Positions 43,274 to 54,700 of a stretch of 64,000 nucleotides of DNA are shown in pieces. This DNA comes from Rhynchopus sp. YZ270_cl-10 (Eukaryota). Position numbers and translations under genes: made by a program. Within the stretch, counting starts at the first letter, position 1. Every line of letters starts with the position of its first letter. The notes beneath the pieces are model-generated. The model was not told the DNA's origin. It did not search any database and worked only from the letters and a program-made list of their open reading frames with translations. The stretch is from positions 682,001 to 746,000 of the forward strand of contig OZ037839.1 of NCBI GenBank assembly GCA_964035575.1. Direction: 5' to 3'.

Positions 43274-44463
43274 CAGGGTTTCCGCCAAGGGGGACCGGGG
43301 GGGACCCCCCCAATATTTTTCCCAGAAAAATCCGGATTTTTACAGGGGTTTGGGGGGGACCATGGCCCCCCCCAAGAAAAATGGGGTTTTGGAGGTTGTA
43401 GATGATCCCCCGTGGTCATGCGACCCCACCGTGCAGAGCATTTGGCTCGCTGTGCCAGAAGAAGTGGAAGAAAAAGGGGGTGGTGCACAGTCTGCAGACT
43501 AAGGATTGGGGGGTCGGGTAAGTAATTAATTAAATGGCTAGTCTGCACGGGGTTTCGTAACCAACAATACAGGCGAAAACGCCGTTATTTGCATTTTTGA
43601 GCCAATCCCAGTCAGTGGTGGGGTCAATCTGGAAAAATGGACAAAATTTTAATGACTTAAATTTTGGACAATATGAGCCCGGTCACTAATAGCTGGGGCC
43701 GATTTTCGGCCAAAAATTTCCTCAAAATCCGGGTTTGTAATATTGACTTCACCTTCGGTTACCCTACAGCGGGGGGTGAAGGAAGGTTGTGGAAAAGGGT
43801 CCTTATTTGCATTTTTGGGATCCGCCCGTGCAGTGGTGGGGTCAATCTCGAAAATTGGACAATTTTTTGACCACTTAAATTTTGAAAAATATGAGCCCGG
43901 TCACTAATACGTGGGGCCATTTTTCAAAAATATCGGGGTGGTATGGTAAGTAATTAAATGAAAAAATTAGTCTGCAGTCTGGTGGTGCAATCTTTTTAAA
44001 AAAGGGTAAAAGTAGCGTACCGTGCGCCTGCGGCGCTGTGTTGCTAGCTATGTGATATTGATATACTTCCATCGATACTTCCGTGCATTGCCCCTTTTTC
44101 TAAGGAGGCTTCGGTGCAAGGGACGGGTAGTTATTACATGTTCCCACTGCGGCACTGTAATGACTGTAGCACCATACAATAGAAAAAGCAACACCATCAC
44201 CCTCCACTCTCACAGGACCCCTTACCTTGTTAAGCTTCCACCCCCGACCTCCAAACAAACCACCTCTACCAGACACACAGCTGTGAAGCTTGACATGGCT
44301 GCTATCAAACCTGGTGCACCCTTCGCCTCTCCACTCTGTGGCCTGCAGGGAGGCGCGCGCGAAGCGCGCGACGACCGCTTTTGCGGGGAGAAAAATTTTT
44401 TTGGGGGGTCTTTTTGATGGTCCCCCCCAATTCCTGAAACCCCAAATCCTGGCGGAAACCCTG
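43274..44463. mobile_element. TIR element CAGGGTTTCCGCCA with 5-bp TSD (TGTCA)
   Basis: CAGGGTTTCCGCCA ... TGGCGGAAACCCTG with TGTCA on both sides. It contains a ~215-bp duplicated repeat that is also seen inverted at ~63615-63734. Confidence 0.75.
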
Positions 44464-44553
44464 TGTCACCGAAAAAAAAAAAAAAAGGACGGATATCCTC
44501 GCTCCTTTTCCCATTTCCCTAGCATACCCAGAGGCGGAACCCTCAGCGTTCTT

Positions 44554-47500
44554 CTACACATCAGGGATAGTCTGCGAGGCCGGTGGCGGGCGGCCCTTTC
44601 TCTTCTTCATCACGAGCGGACCGACGGGCTGGTTCTGCCGCACGGTCTTGACCTCCACGACTGCGGACACGGGTTCGGGCTTGGGCTCGTGGCTGGGGAT
44701 CACGACGTCTTTGAGCCAAGGCATTTTTGCACCTTCGAGTGCACTGGGGCGGTAGGTGGGCTCGTTGCACATAAGGTCACGCACGCACTCGAGTGCCTCG
44801 ATGGGGACGGTGCCTTGCGCGGTGCTGGGGAACACAACACCGTCGGACATCTTGTGCTTCAGGTCCTGCAGCCTGCGTGTGCGCTCCTCCTGTGTGCGCC
44901 GCATGGGCTGGCGTGTCTGGTACGGCAGCTTCCCGGTCAACATCGCGTACGAGATGACACCGGCCGCGTAGACGTCTACCTTGTGCAGCTTGCTGCGTGA
45001 CGACAGGTAGGAGCGGTTGCCCTCCAGAATGCCGCACACACTCTCAAGCGCGAGGTACAGGTCTGCCCCGCACGGCGTGCAAGCAACCATCGGAGAAGAG
45101 CAGATGGACCCACCCGCATGCAAGTCGTGTGGCTGCGGCATGTTCGGTGCAGGGCTCTGCGGCAGCAGGTCCAGCCCCTGCATCGCGCCTCGTGGGCCAT
45201 GGTACTTCGCAAGGCCAAAGTTGATAACCTTAATGTGGTAGTCGGACCGGTCAATCAGAATGTTCTCCGGCCTGATGTCGCGATGCACAACAAAGTTGCC
45301 ATGAACGAAGTCGAGCGCAAGGAGAAGCTGCTTGAGGATGACCGCCGCCACGTCTGGCTGCAGCTTGCGGTTCTCGCGGATGAAGTGGTAGAGCTCGCCG
45401 CCCTGGCAGAGCTCCATGACCATGTAGATGGTATCGTTTGTGTGCACCACTTCGTACAGGCGGATAATGTTCTCGTGTTTCAGGTGCTTCAGCACTGCGA
45501 GCTCTACGAAGACGTGCTTGAGGGACTTTTGCGACGTGCATACGCGACGCTTCTCTATGGCCTTGATCGCAAGGGGGCCTGCAGGGACGTGCCCCAGGTG
45601 TTTCAGGTCCTTCTTCTCGTACCGCCGCACGATCCCGCACGACCCGCGCCCGAGCAGGCCAGGGTCCTGATCACCATCGACCGCAATCAGGTTGTACTCC
45701 TCCTCGATGTCGCCTAGCTTCCGCGCGTAGGGCTTGCCGGTCCCATCATGCTTCCCGAGACGCGTGTCAATATCTTTGATATCTGCCTCCAAGCAAACAG
45801 TCTCCGTGTGTCCCTGATGCGCAGCAATGATAAGACACCTTCTGGAAACATCAACAGGTTGCTGCTCTGCTCCTGCATGTTGACGTGACTCTGCCATGTG
45901 TTCCCATGTCGCACGCATTGAGAGAAGTTTGTTGCGCAAGAGTTCCTTTTCTGCTGAATCTGTGCAATCAGTGAATCGCTGAATCAGTTCTTTCTGCACT
46001 TCCTCCTGCATGCTGACAACATCGCGCAGTGTGTTGGAAGCAGTTCTGTTTGTCAAATCTGTTCTGGAAACATCGGCATCAACAAGTTGCTGCTCTGCTT
46101 CTGCATGCTGACGTGACTCTGCCATGTGTTCCCATGTCGCACGCATTGAGAGAAGTGTGTTGCGCAAGAGTTCCTTTTCTGCTGGGTCTGTGCAATCAGT
46201 GAATCGCTGAATCAGTTCCTTCTGCACTTCCTCCTGCATGCTGACAACTCCACGAAGTGTGTTGGAACCTCTTGTGTTTGTCACATCTGTTCTGGAAACA
46301 TCGACATCAACAGGTTGCTGGTCTGCTCCTGCATGCTGACGTGACTCTGCCATGTGTTCCCATGTCGCACGCATTGAGAGAAGTGTGTTGCGCAAGAGTT
46401 CCTTTTCTGCTGGGTCTGTGCAATCAGTGAATCTCTGAATCAGCTCTTTCTGCACTTCCTCCTGCATGCTGACAACTCCACGAAGTGTGTAGGAGTCTCT
46501 TGTGTTTGTCACATCTGTTCTGGAAACATCGGCATCAACAGGTTGCTGCTCTGCTCCTGCATGCTGACGTGACTCTGCCATGTGTTCCCATGTCGCACGC
46601 ATTGAGAGAAGTGTGTTGCGCAAGAGTTCCTTCTCTGCTGAATCTGTGCAATCAGTGAATCGCTGAATCAGTTCTTTCTGCACTTCCTCCTGCATGCTGA
46701 CAACCCCACGCAGTGTGTTGGAGACTGTTCTGTTTGTAACGGAAACATCGGCATCAACAGGTTGTTGCTCTGCTCCTGCAGGCTGACGTGACTCTGCCAT
46801 GTGTTCCGCATCACCGTCCCAGTTCAACACAGGGGTGAAGGTGTCGTCACCCTGCGTCACCTCCAACTTCACATTCGACAGATGCTTTGTGTTCAAGGTA
46901 AAGTCCCAGGCACGGTGGTTCAGCACCAAATCCATTACACATTCCGCACGGAAGGTCTTCGTAGCAACGTCAGGGTCAATGCGGAGGCGGGTGTTTAAAG
47001 GGCACATCACCTGCGATGCGTCTGACGCCGTTCTTGGGTCCGTGGCCCAAGAGAAGTCACCGTTTTCGATGTTGTTCCCTTCTTGGTGCACTTCCTCCTG
47101 CATGTCTGCCAATTCACGCAGTGTGTTAGAACCTATTCTGTTTGTCACATCAGTTCTGGAAACACCAACATCAACAGGTTGCTGCTCTGCTCCTGCATGC
47201 TGACGTGACTCTGCCATGTGTTCCCATGTCGCACGCATTGAGAGAAGTTTGTCTGTGGATGGCCGTCCTTCAAACTTTTCAAGGTTCTTATCACATTCGG
47301 AGAACCCCACAGTCTGCTTCAACTCGGCAAATGAGAGAAGCTTTTCATGCGGATGGACGTCGGTCTTGAGCATCTCCAAGGCTTCTTTCATTGCACGGGC
47401 AGCTGCTGAGAGGAGAGTCACAGAGTACATCGCGATGTTGAAACCCATCTCCTCAAACCTCGACGGAGGCAGAAGTGGGGTTGACCCGGACTCGATGAGG

Positions 47501-50500
47501 TTTATCATTTTGTACCCCTTGACTTCAGCACATACCCTCGCCATTTCTACCTCGGTACCAGGCGCCTCGATGAAACAGATTTCTGCACCCAATTCATAGA
47601 AAAGGTTGGCACGGATGATCGCCTCATCAATACCATGGGTGCTACAGCTGTCCGTGCTTGCCACTATGACGAGGTCTTGCCCTCTGTCACGCAATGCGTC
47701 ACGCGCCTCACAAACATCACGCATCCGCTGAACTGCCTTATCACGTGAGATAACTGCCTTCCCTTTAACATGGATGCTACGTTTTGACGCGATTCGGTCA
47801 TCAACCATGATTCCTGCAAACCCTGCCTGCGCATATCCGGCAACCGTACGTTGTGCGGACAGCGCATTCCCAAACCCGGTGTTCGCATCGCCGATGACAG
47901 GGATGTTCACAGCAGCGCACGTACTGCGTCCTTGGTCAAGCATCTCGCCATAAGATATGAGTCCTGTGTCGGGAACACAGAGGCGAGCTGCGGAGACGCT
48001 GAAGCTACTCATCTGCGCTACCTCAAACCCAGCGTTCTCAATCAAACGCGCGCTGAACGCATCAAAGCAGCACGGCATCCGGTTCAACTTCCCAGACGCG
48101 AGCAGCGCACGCAGCTTATCCGCCGGGGTGCATGTGTTCATTGCAGGGACTTCCTTTCGAGACATTGTACAATCAGTGAATCGCTGAATCAGCTCTTTCT
48201 GCACTTCCTCCTGCATGCTGACAACTTGACGAAGTGTGTTGGAGCCTGTTCTGTTTGTCACATCTGTTCTGGAAACATCAACATCAACAGGTTGCTGGTC
48301 TGCTCCTGCAGGCTGACGTGACTCTGCCATGTGTTCCCATGTCGCACGCATTGAGAGAAGTTTGTTGCGCAAGAGTTCCTTTTCTGCTGAATCTGTGCAA
48401 TCAGTGAATCGCTGAATCAGTTCGTTCTGCACTTCCTCCTGCATGCTGACAACTCCACGCAGTGTGTTGGTGACAACTTGACGCAGTGTGTTGGAGTTAG
48501 TCGTATTCGTCACATCAATTCTGGAAACATCAACATCAACAGGTTGCTGCTCTGCTCCTGCATGCTGACGTGACTCTGCCATGTGTTCCCATGTCGCACG
48601 CATTGAGAGAAGTGTGTTGCGCAAGAGTTCCTTCTCTGCTGAATCTGTGCAATCAGTGAATCGCTGAATTAGTTCGTTCTGCACTTCCTCCTGCATGCTG
48701 ACAACTCCACGCAGTGTGTTGGAGCCTGTTCTGTTTGTCAAATCTGTTCTGGAAACATCGGCATCAACAGGTTGCTGCTCTGCTCCTGGATGCTGACGTG
48801 ACTCTGCCATGTGTTCCCATGTCGCACGTATTGAGAGAAGTTTGTTGCGCAAGAGTTCCTTTTCTGCTGAATCTGTGCAATCAGTGAATCGCTGAATCAG
48901 CTCTTTCTGCACTTCCTCCTGCATGCTGACAACTTGACGAAGTGTGTTGGAGCCTGTTCTGTTTGTCACATCTGTTCTGGAAACATCAACATCAACAGGT
49001 TGCTGGTCTGCTCCTGCAGGCTGACGTGACTCTGCCATGTGTTCCCATGTCGCACGCATTGAGAGAAGTTTGTTGCGCAAGAGTTCCTTTTCTGCTGAAT
49101 CTGTGCAATCAGTGAATCGCTGAATCAGTTCGTTCTGCACTTCCTCCTGCATGCTGACAACTCCACGCAGTGTGTTGGTGACAACTTGACGCAGTGTGTT
49201 GGAGTTAGTCGTATTCGTCACATCAATTCTGGAAACATCAACATCAACAGGTTGCTGCTCTGCTCCTGCATGCTGACGTGACTCTGCCATGTGTTCCCAT
49301 GTCGCACGTATTGAGAGAAGTTTGTTGCGCAAGAGTTCCTTTTCTGCTGAATCTGTGCAATCAGTGAATCGCTGAATCAGTTCTTTCTGCACTTCCTCCT
49401 GCATGCTGACAACTTGACGAAGTGTGTTGGATCCTGTTCTGTTTGTCACATCTGTTCTGGAAACATCAACATCAACAGGTTGCTGCTCTGCTCCTGCATG
49501 CTGACGTGACTCTGCCATGTGTTCCCATGTCGCACGCATTGAGAGAAGTGTGTTGCGCAAGAGTTCCTTCTCTGCTGAATCTGTGCAATCAGTGAATCGC
49601 TGAATTAGTTCGTTCTGCACTTCCTCCTGCATGCTGACAACTTGACGAAGTGTGACTTCAGCAGCAACAAGTGGAAGCTCCGGTGCGGAAAGGGACGTCG
49701 CCATGTGTTCCCAAGCAGCACGAATTGGTTCAAGTTTCTCGCGCAAGCGCTTCTTTGCTGCTGAATCCATTTGACTCAGTTCGCTGAGTGCTGCTGTGTT
49801 TGTCACATCTGCCTGGATGTCGGCAACGTCGGCATCAACGACGCCACCTGCCTGATCCACTTCCTGCTCCACGCCTACCATAAGATAACGCACAGTCTCC
49901 GTGCCTCCCTCTTCCGCAGCAGAAATCAGACATGTCACCTTTTGTATTTTGTGTTTTTGTCTGGTCCCTGCAACAGCTTCAAAGTGCTGTGATAGCTCCT
50001 CGATATGTTCTGTGACACGCAGTTCCGCACCAGCTTCCACCAACAGATTCACAATGTCGCGGTTCTCTCCCATGCACGCACAGACAAGAGGCGAAGGTCC
50101 TCTGTCGTCCCATTTCTCGATGCGTGCACCTGAATCAATGAGCTCCTGCACCTTAGCTGCATATGATTTGGGGTAACGCGCTGCTGCATCGAAACGGATA
50201 TTGCCATTGCCCTGTATATGCAGCCGTGCACCCGCTTCTAGCAACATCCTCACCATCAGGACCTGACCCGCCCGACAAGCCATCATCAGAGGCGAACAGA
50301 CCAACTCGCTCTTTGCTTCCACGTCTGCACCTGCATCAACGAGCAAGTGCATCACAGCTGCATGTGTGCTCCATACATCTGTACGTGGATCCGACTCAGC
50401 CTCATCATCAGTGAGTACCTCCACCACAGACTCAGTGTCATTGTTGTCCACTACGTGGTGCAACGCAGTCCAGTGCTCAGCATCAACGAGGTCCACACCC

Positions 50501-51105
50501 ACCTCTGGCATGCACAGAAGGCTTTTCACAATCGTCGTAAATCCACCAGCAGACGCAATCATGAGACATGTCTCGCCATCTCGGTCTCTTGCATCCACAT
50601 CCGCACCTGCTCGAACCAGTACCTTCACAGCATCATTCGCGTATGAGTTGCAACTAAACAGCAGAGGCGAGAGCCCCATGGCATCCTTTTTCTCAATGTC
50701 TGCCCCTGCATCAATGAGCACCTGCACCACATCTGCATGGTTTTTACCAAGTGCCGCGCACAACGCAGTTGTTTCGTACTGCCCACCTACCTGATCCACA
50801 TCCACCTGCCCCAAGTCCACAAGATAGCGCACAGTCTCCGTATGTCCCCCACGCGAAGTAGCGATAAGACACGTGTCGTCGTTCTTGTCTGTAACACGCA
50901 CTTCCGCACCAGCTTGCACCAACACCTTCACAATGTCGAGGCACCCTTCCATGCACGCAAGGAGAAGAGGCGTACGTCCATCAGAGTCCTTTTCCTCAAT
51001 GTCTGCCCCTGCATCAATGAGCACCTGCACCACATCTGCACGTCCTGTCTCCACTGCCTCGTGCAACGTAGTGTTGCTGTGGCTGCCTGTGTGTGGCCCA
51101 GACAT
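44554..51105 (-). CDS. Chimeric ankyrin - 76-aa repeats - ICL/PEP-mutase domain - aminopeptidase-like fragment - Ser/Thr (pseudo)kinase protein (module 4)
   Basis: Single open frame of more than 2100 aa. Likely ATG at 51105, by analogy with module 2. PEP-mutase/ICL-like domain ~48165-47251; CAMK-like kinase ~45790-44554. Confidence 0.85.
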   Translation of the reverse strand: MSGPHTGSHSNTTLHEAVETGRADVVQVLIDAGADIEEKDSDGRTPLLLACMEGCLDIVKVLVQAGAEVRVTDKNDDTCLIATSRGGHTETVRYLVDLGQVDVDQVGGQYETTALCAALGKNHADVVQVLIDAGADIEKKDAMGLSPLLFSCNSYANDAVKVLVRAGADVDARDRDGETCLMIASAGGFTTIVKSLLCMPEVGVDLVDAEHWTALHHVVDNNDTESVVEVLTDDEAESDPRTDVWSTHAAVMHLLVDAGADVEAKSELVCSPLMMACRAGQVLMVRMLLEAGARLHIQGNGNIRFDAAARYPKSYAAKVQELIDSGARIEKWDDRGPSPLVCACMGENRDIVNLLVEAGAELRVTEHIEELSQHFEAVAGTRQKHKIQKVTCLISAAEEGGTETVRYLMVGVEQEVDQAGGVVDADVADIQADVTNTAALSELSQMDSAAKKRLREKLEPIRAAWEHMATSLSAPELPLVAAEVTLRQVVSMQEEVQNELIQRFTDCTDSAEKELLRNTLLSMRATWEHMAESRQHAGAEQQPVDVDVSRTDVTNRTGSNTLRQVVSMQEEVQKELIQRFTDCTDSAEKELLRNKLLSIRATWEHMAESRQHAGAEQQPVDVDVSRIDVTNTTNSNTLRQVVTNTLRGVVSMQEEVQNELIQRFTDCTDSAEKELLRNKLLSMRATWEHMAESRQPAGADQQPVDVDVSRTDVTNRTGSNTLRQVVSMQEEVQKELIQRFTDCTDSAEKELLRNKLLSIRATWEHMAESRQHPGAEQQPVDADVSRTDLTNRTGSNTLRGVVSMQEEVQNELIQRFTDCTDSAEKELLRNTLLSMRATWEHMAESRQHAGAEQQPVDVDVSRIDVTNTTNSNTLRQVVTNTLRGVVSMQEEVQNELIQRFTDCTDSAEKELLRNKLLSMRATWEHMAESRQPAGADQQPVDVDVSRTDVTNRTGSNTLRQVVSMQEEVQKELIQRFTDCTMSRKEVPAMNTCTPADKLRALLASGKLNRMPCCFDAFSARLIENAGFEVAQMSSFSVSAARLCVPDTGLISYGEMLDQGRSTCAAVNIPVIGDANTGFGNALSAQRTVAGYAQAGFAGIMVDDRIASKRSIHVKGKAVISRDKAVQRMRDVCEARDALRDRGQDLVIVASTDSCSTHGIDEAIIRANLFYELGAEICFIEAPGTEVEMARVCAEVKGYKMINLIESGSTPLLPPSRFEEMGFNIAMYSVTLLSAAARAMKEALEMLKTDVHPHEKLLSFAELKQTVGFSECDKNLEKFEGRPSTDKLLSMRATWEHMAESRQHAGAEQQPVDVGVSRTDVTNRIGSNTLRELADMQEEVHQEGNNIENGDFSWATDPRTASDASQVMCPLNTRLRIDPDVATKTFRAECVMDLVLNHRAWDFTLNTKHLSNVKLEVTQGDDTFTPVLNWDGDAEHMAESRQPAGAEQQPVDADVSVTNRTVSNTLRGVVSMQEEVQKELIQRFTDCTDSAEKELLRNTLLSMRATWEHMAESRQHAGAEQQPVDADVSRTDVTNTRDSYTLRGVVSMQEEVQKELIQRFTDCTDPAEKELLRNTLLSMRATWEHMAESRQHAGADQQPVDVDVSRTDVTNTRGSNTLRGVVSMQEEVQKELIQRFTDCTDPAEKELLRNTLLSMRATWEHMAESRQHAEAEQQLVDADVSRTDLTNRTASNTLRDVVSMQEEVQKELIQRFTDCTDSAEKELLRNKLLSMRATWEHMAESRQHAGAEQQPVDVSRRCLIIAAHQGHTETVCLEADIKDIDTRLGKHDGTGKPYARKLGDIEEEYNLIAVDGDQDPGLLGRGSCGIVRRYEKKDLKHLGHVPAGPLAIKAIEKRRVCTSQKSLKHVFVELAVLKHLKHENIIRLYEVVHTNDTIYMVMELCQGGELYHFIRENRKLQPDVAAVILKQLLLALDFVHGNFVVHRDIRPENILIDRSDYHIKVINFGLAKYHGPRGAMQGLDLLPQSPAPNMPQPHDLHAGGSICSSPMVACTPCGADLYLALESVCGILEGNRSYLSSRSKLHKVDVYAAGVISYAMLTGKLPYQTRQPMRRTQEERTRRLQDLKHKMSDGVVFPSTAQGTVPIEALECVRDLMCNEPTYRPSALEGAKMPWLKDVVIPSHEPKPEPVSAVVEVKTVRQNQPVGPLVMKKRKGRPPPASQTIPDV

Positions 51106-52154
51106 TACTTGTGTGTCGTTGCTGTGTCTTATGTTGTGTGTCTGTGAGTGGTGGAGTAACGTTACTCTTTGTGAAGAGGTGTGTGGACAGAGGAGGGGAC
51201 AAGCACCCGGCATCACGCAGTATGGCTTCACTGTGCAACTGCAGTGAAGGACGCCTCCAAATGAGATATGCGTTCTTCGGGATATTTCATGAGTCTTTAC
51301 CCAGGATGGGTGCCATCAGTAAACAGTGAACAGTAAGCGAATAAATAGAGAAAGGGTGGGGGTATTTCATTTTGTTTAATAGTTGACTCTAGATATGAAC
51401 GGGGGTGGGGTGTGCATGGGTAGGGAGGTTGAGGGAAATGAAAAGAAATGTGACTTGAAATACAATTCCCTCTCGTGAACAGTGTACCTTGGTACAAATG
51501 ACCGGTGCACCGTGGGGTGGACCCCAACAAGCAGTCCTACATCCATTTCGTGGTTTACCTCTGACATCTGATATGCTCTACTCCCGCTTCCTCTCGTCAG
51601 TCAGATGAATGAAAGGATCATTCGAGACGTATCGTTGATTAAGTCTGCGTGATGCAGGTCTGGGAAGAAACGTTTATAAAGATGACCCCAAGCCTCTCAT
51701 GCTTGGTCACCTTGAACAAAAGGAGGTGCTACGTGGCACCATGCAAACAGTTTACCCTGTGAGAACGCTAAACCCTGACCAGTGATGTATATAGGTATCT
51801 GTATGTGGGACCAAATCCCACAAAAAACCGGGAAAAAAAAACTATAGAATTTCGGGATTTTTTGCAATTTTTGCCTTACACAGGGCTCTAAGGGTCCCGA
51901 AGGGACTCCAGAGCAACGCGACCCCACCATGAAGAGCACGGTCGTCAAGAATCCTAAAAAACGAGTCGGTATTCCGCAAAAAGGGGTTCTTTGAGTGACT
52001 CGTGGTTAGATTTTTACACCGTACCATGAATTTTTTTCGCCTGCGGCGACATTTTATCTTATTTTTTTTTGCTCCGCAAAAAAAAATACAATCCGCCTAC
52101 AATGTAGGTAATCGTAAAAAAAAAAAAAAAAAAAAAAAATACAGCTCCCAATGT

Positions 52155-53051
52155 CATACTTGGACCGCCCGAAATATATTTCGGGCATTTCGGGCGATTT
52201 CGGGCGAATTAAGGGCGGATTTCGGGCGATTTTGTGCGCCCGAATTCGCCCGAAAACGCCCGAAGTCGCCCGAAATGCAGATTTCGGGCGAATTCGGGCG
52301 CTTTTTCCTTAGTGAAAACCGATTAGGTAGGGTTCTACTCATTTTCGCAAAAAACTTTTTATATTTGGAAATATTTGATGTCAAATCTGTCAAAATAAGC
52401 AATAATCGAAAACTTTTGTACACCTGAGTGCACTTTGGAGGCCCATGAGAATCACCACCAAATCACGGGTTTTCTGACTATCATTTGCTTATTCCCACCC
52501 AAAACACACTATGAACCGGGTTTTCACTATTTTTTCGTATTGCAGGGTGAATTTTTGTGAATTTTCGGGTCACAGGGTGGTTCTGACCCATTCTGGGGGG
52601 TGTTTCGGGCCTGTAGTTGCTCAGGAGATGCCCAAAAACGTGAAAAATCGCCTTTTTACGTTTTTAGTAGTATTTTAGTGTAAATTGTTAGGGAAATCGG
52701 TTTTATACGTGGCTGCTAACAGAGCTGCACTCATATAAGTTGGGTTCTACTAGGAATTTTTGCTCAATTTTTTTTTCTTTGAACAAATTTTGTGCCAATC
52801 TTTCAAATAAAGCGTTAGATTTTTACACTGGTGGCATGCTTCCCAGCACACATAAGATACTGGTTGTGCGCCCGAATTCGCCCGAATCTGCCCGAAATCG
52901 CCCGAATTCGCCCGAAATGTGCCCAAATTCGCCCGAAATGCGCCCGAATTCGCCCGAATTACGTATAAATTCCCTTTAAAACGCCCGAAATATATTTCGG
53001 GCACATTTCGCCCGAATTCGCCCGAAATATATTTCGGGCGGTCCAAGTATG
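52155..53051. mobile_element. TIR element with 6-bp TSD (CAATGT) and CGCCCGAA subterminal repeats
   Basis: CATACTTGGACCGCCCGAAATATATTTCGGGC ... GCCCGAAATATATTTCGGGCGGTCCAAGTATG with CAATGT on both flanks. Confidence 0.85.
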
Positions 53052-54700
53052 CAATGTCTTCCTTTGTCAGCAGTGCTGAATTTTTGGGCGAAAAAACAAG
53101 CTGACCCCGATCTTGAAATCTGGATTCCTGGATAGGACACTAGTTTTCCACACACAAAAACAATGACTGCCTCACACAAAACCACCGTTTTGGTGGGTGC
53201 TGGCTATATAAAACCCTGCACACAACCACGCGAAAAACCAAAAAAAGGGGGTTTCCCACATATTTCCCCCTTTACTGTACCCCCACCACCCCTATATACA
53301 TTACTGACCCTGACCCCTAAAAAAAAAACAACAACGGGGCGTGCTGTGGATATGGGGAGGCTCGATAGCCCTTTGTGGAAGCAGACTCGATGTGTTCCAT
53401 CACGTAGTCGTCACAGGCTCCCACACATCGTTGTCGTCGGAGCAGTGCGGAAGGAACACAGAATGCACAGACGAAAACTCACACTCGATCACACCAGACG
53501 CATCAGCGCCCATCAAAGCACCAGGATGCTACGGTGGTTTCGATCAAGCCCCCGAGAATCGGGCGCGAAAGTTGGAAGGTGCAAAACCCCCATCACCAAA
53601 AAACCAAAGAAAACTTGACAGATGACTATGCTTATCGCGCACACATCTCCATGCAATAGTATCCTTTGTGATCTCTTTATACAAAAAGAGAGGAGAATTT
53701 TCAAAGGGAGTGCGCTTTTGCTTTTTTTTGTCCAAGACCCGACCCAATCGTTGACTTTGCAAAATATTTTTTGTTGGGTAACCATTTCAGGAGGAAAAAG
53801 GCATAAAAAAGGAAGATCTAGCACCCCTCTCCAAGTCTACGGAGAAGGAAGGGGGTGGGGTGGGGATTGAAAATGTTTTTTTTGTTGTTTGTTTTGAAAG
53901 TGCTTTGCACAGAAGGTTTTGATGCGTAGAACACTGAGTTTTTGGTTTCTGTTTATTTTTGTAAACTTGGTTGTTTTAGTGTAGGCACCCGAAGATGAAC
54001 TCTACTATACTACACGTGTCTAAGTGATGCCGGAGTTACTCCATGCAATGCTCATGGCGGTCGTCGTCGTCCAGTCTCGGTTGGGCGGCGGCGGCAATGG
54101 CTTCCTAGCTGCAGTTTTCTTTTGGTGTTCTTTTTTTGTTTGAAAACTTGGTTGCATTAGTGTAGAGACCCGAGGCTGAACTCCACAATACCAGACACAT
54201 TTCTTTTTTTTGATAAATGGTTGGAGTAGTGTAGTTGCCTCGGTTGTGTTGCGACAGTTGTGCAATCCCTCCACTGCCGTGTTTTTTTTTTCTTCTCGAA
54301 AACGTTCCAAACTACCCACCTGTGGTGGCTAGTTAGACTGCTTTCAATGTGCCTTATGATACATTCCTTTCTTCAGGGGTAATAGGGTGTCTTTGTTATC
54401 CTGTACAGCGCCGAAGGACGCTCTTATTCATGAAAAACCTAACGAAAATAAGGGGGTGGGGAAATAGCTATCTAAAAAAAGAAAAATAATAAAGAAAAGT
54501 TTCGAACAAGCATCAGGCTTGCTACCTTAATGGTCAACAATGAAAACAAAATGCTCGCATTGGCCTCTTGTGTTAGATCCTGTCAGTCGAAGCAGTATTT
54601 CGCAGTCAGCGAGGAGTATTCCTGTTGGTGTTGTGAAGTAGTTGTCGCATTTGTGACATTTCGATCGTACAAATGAAAGAAAAAAAGGTTTGTGAGATGA

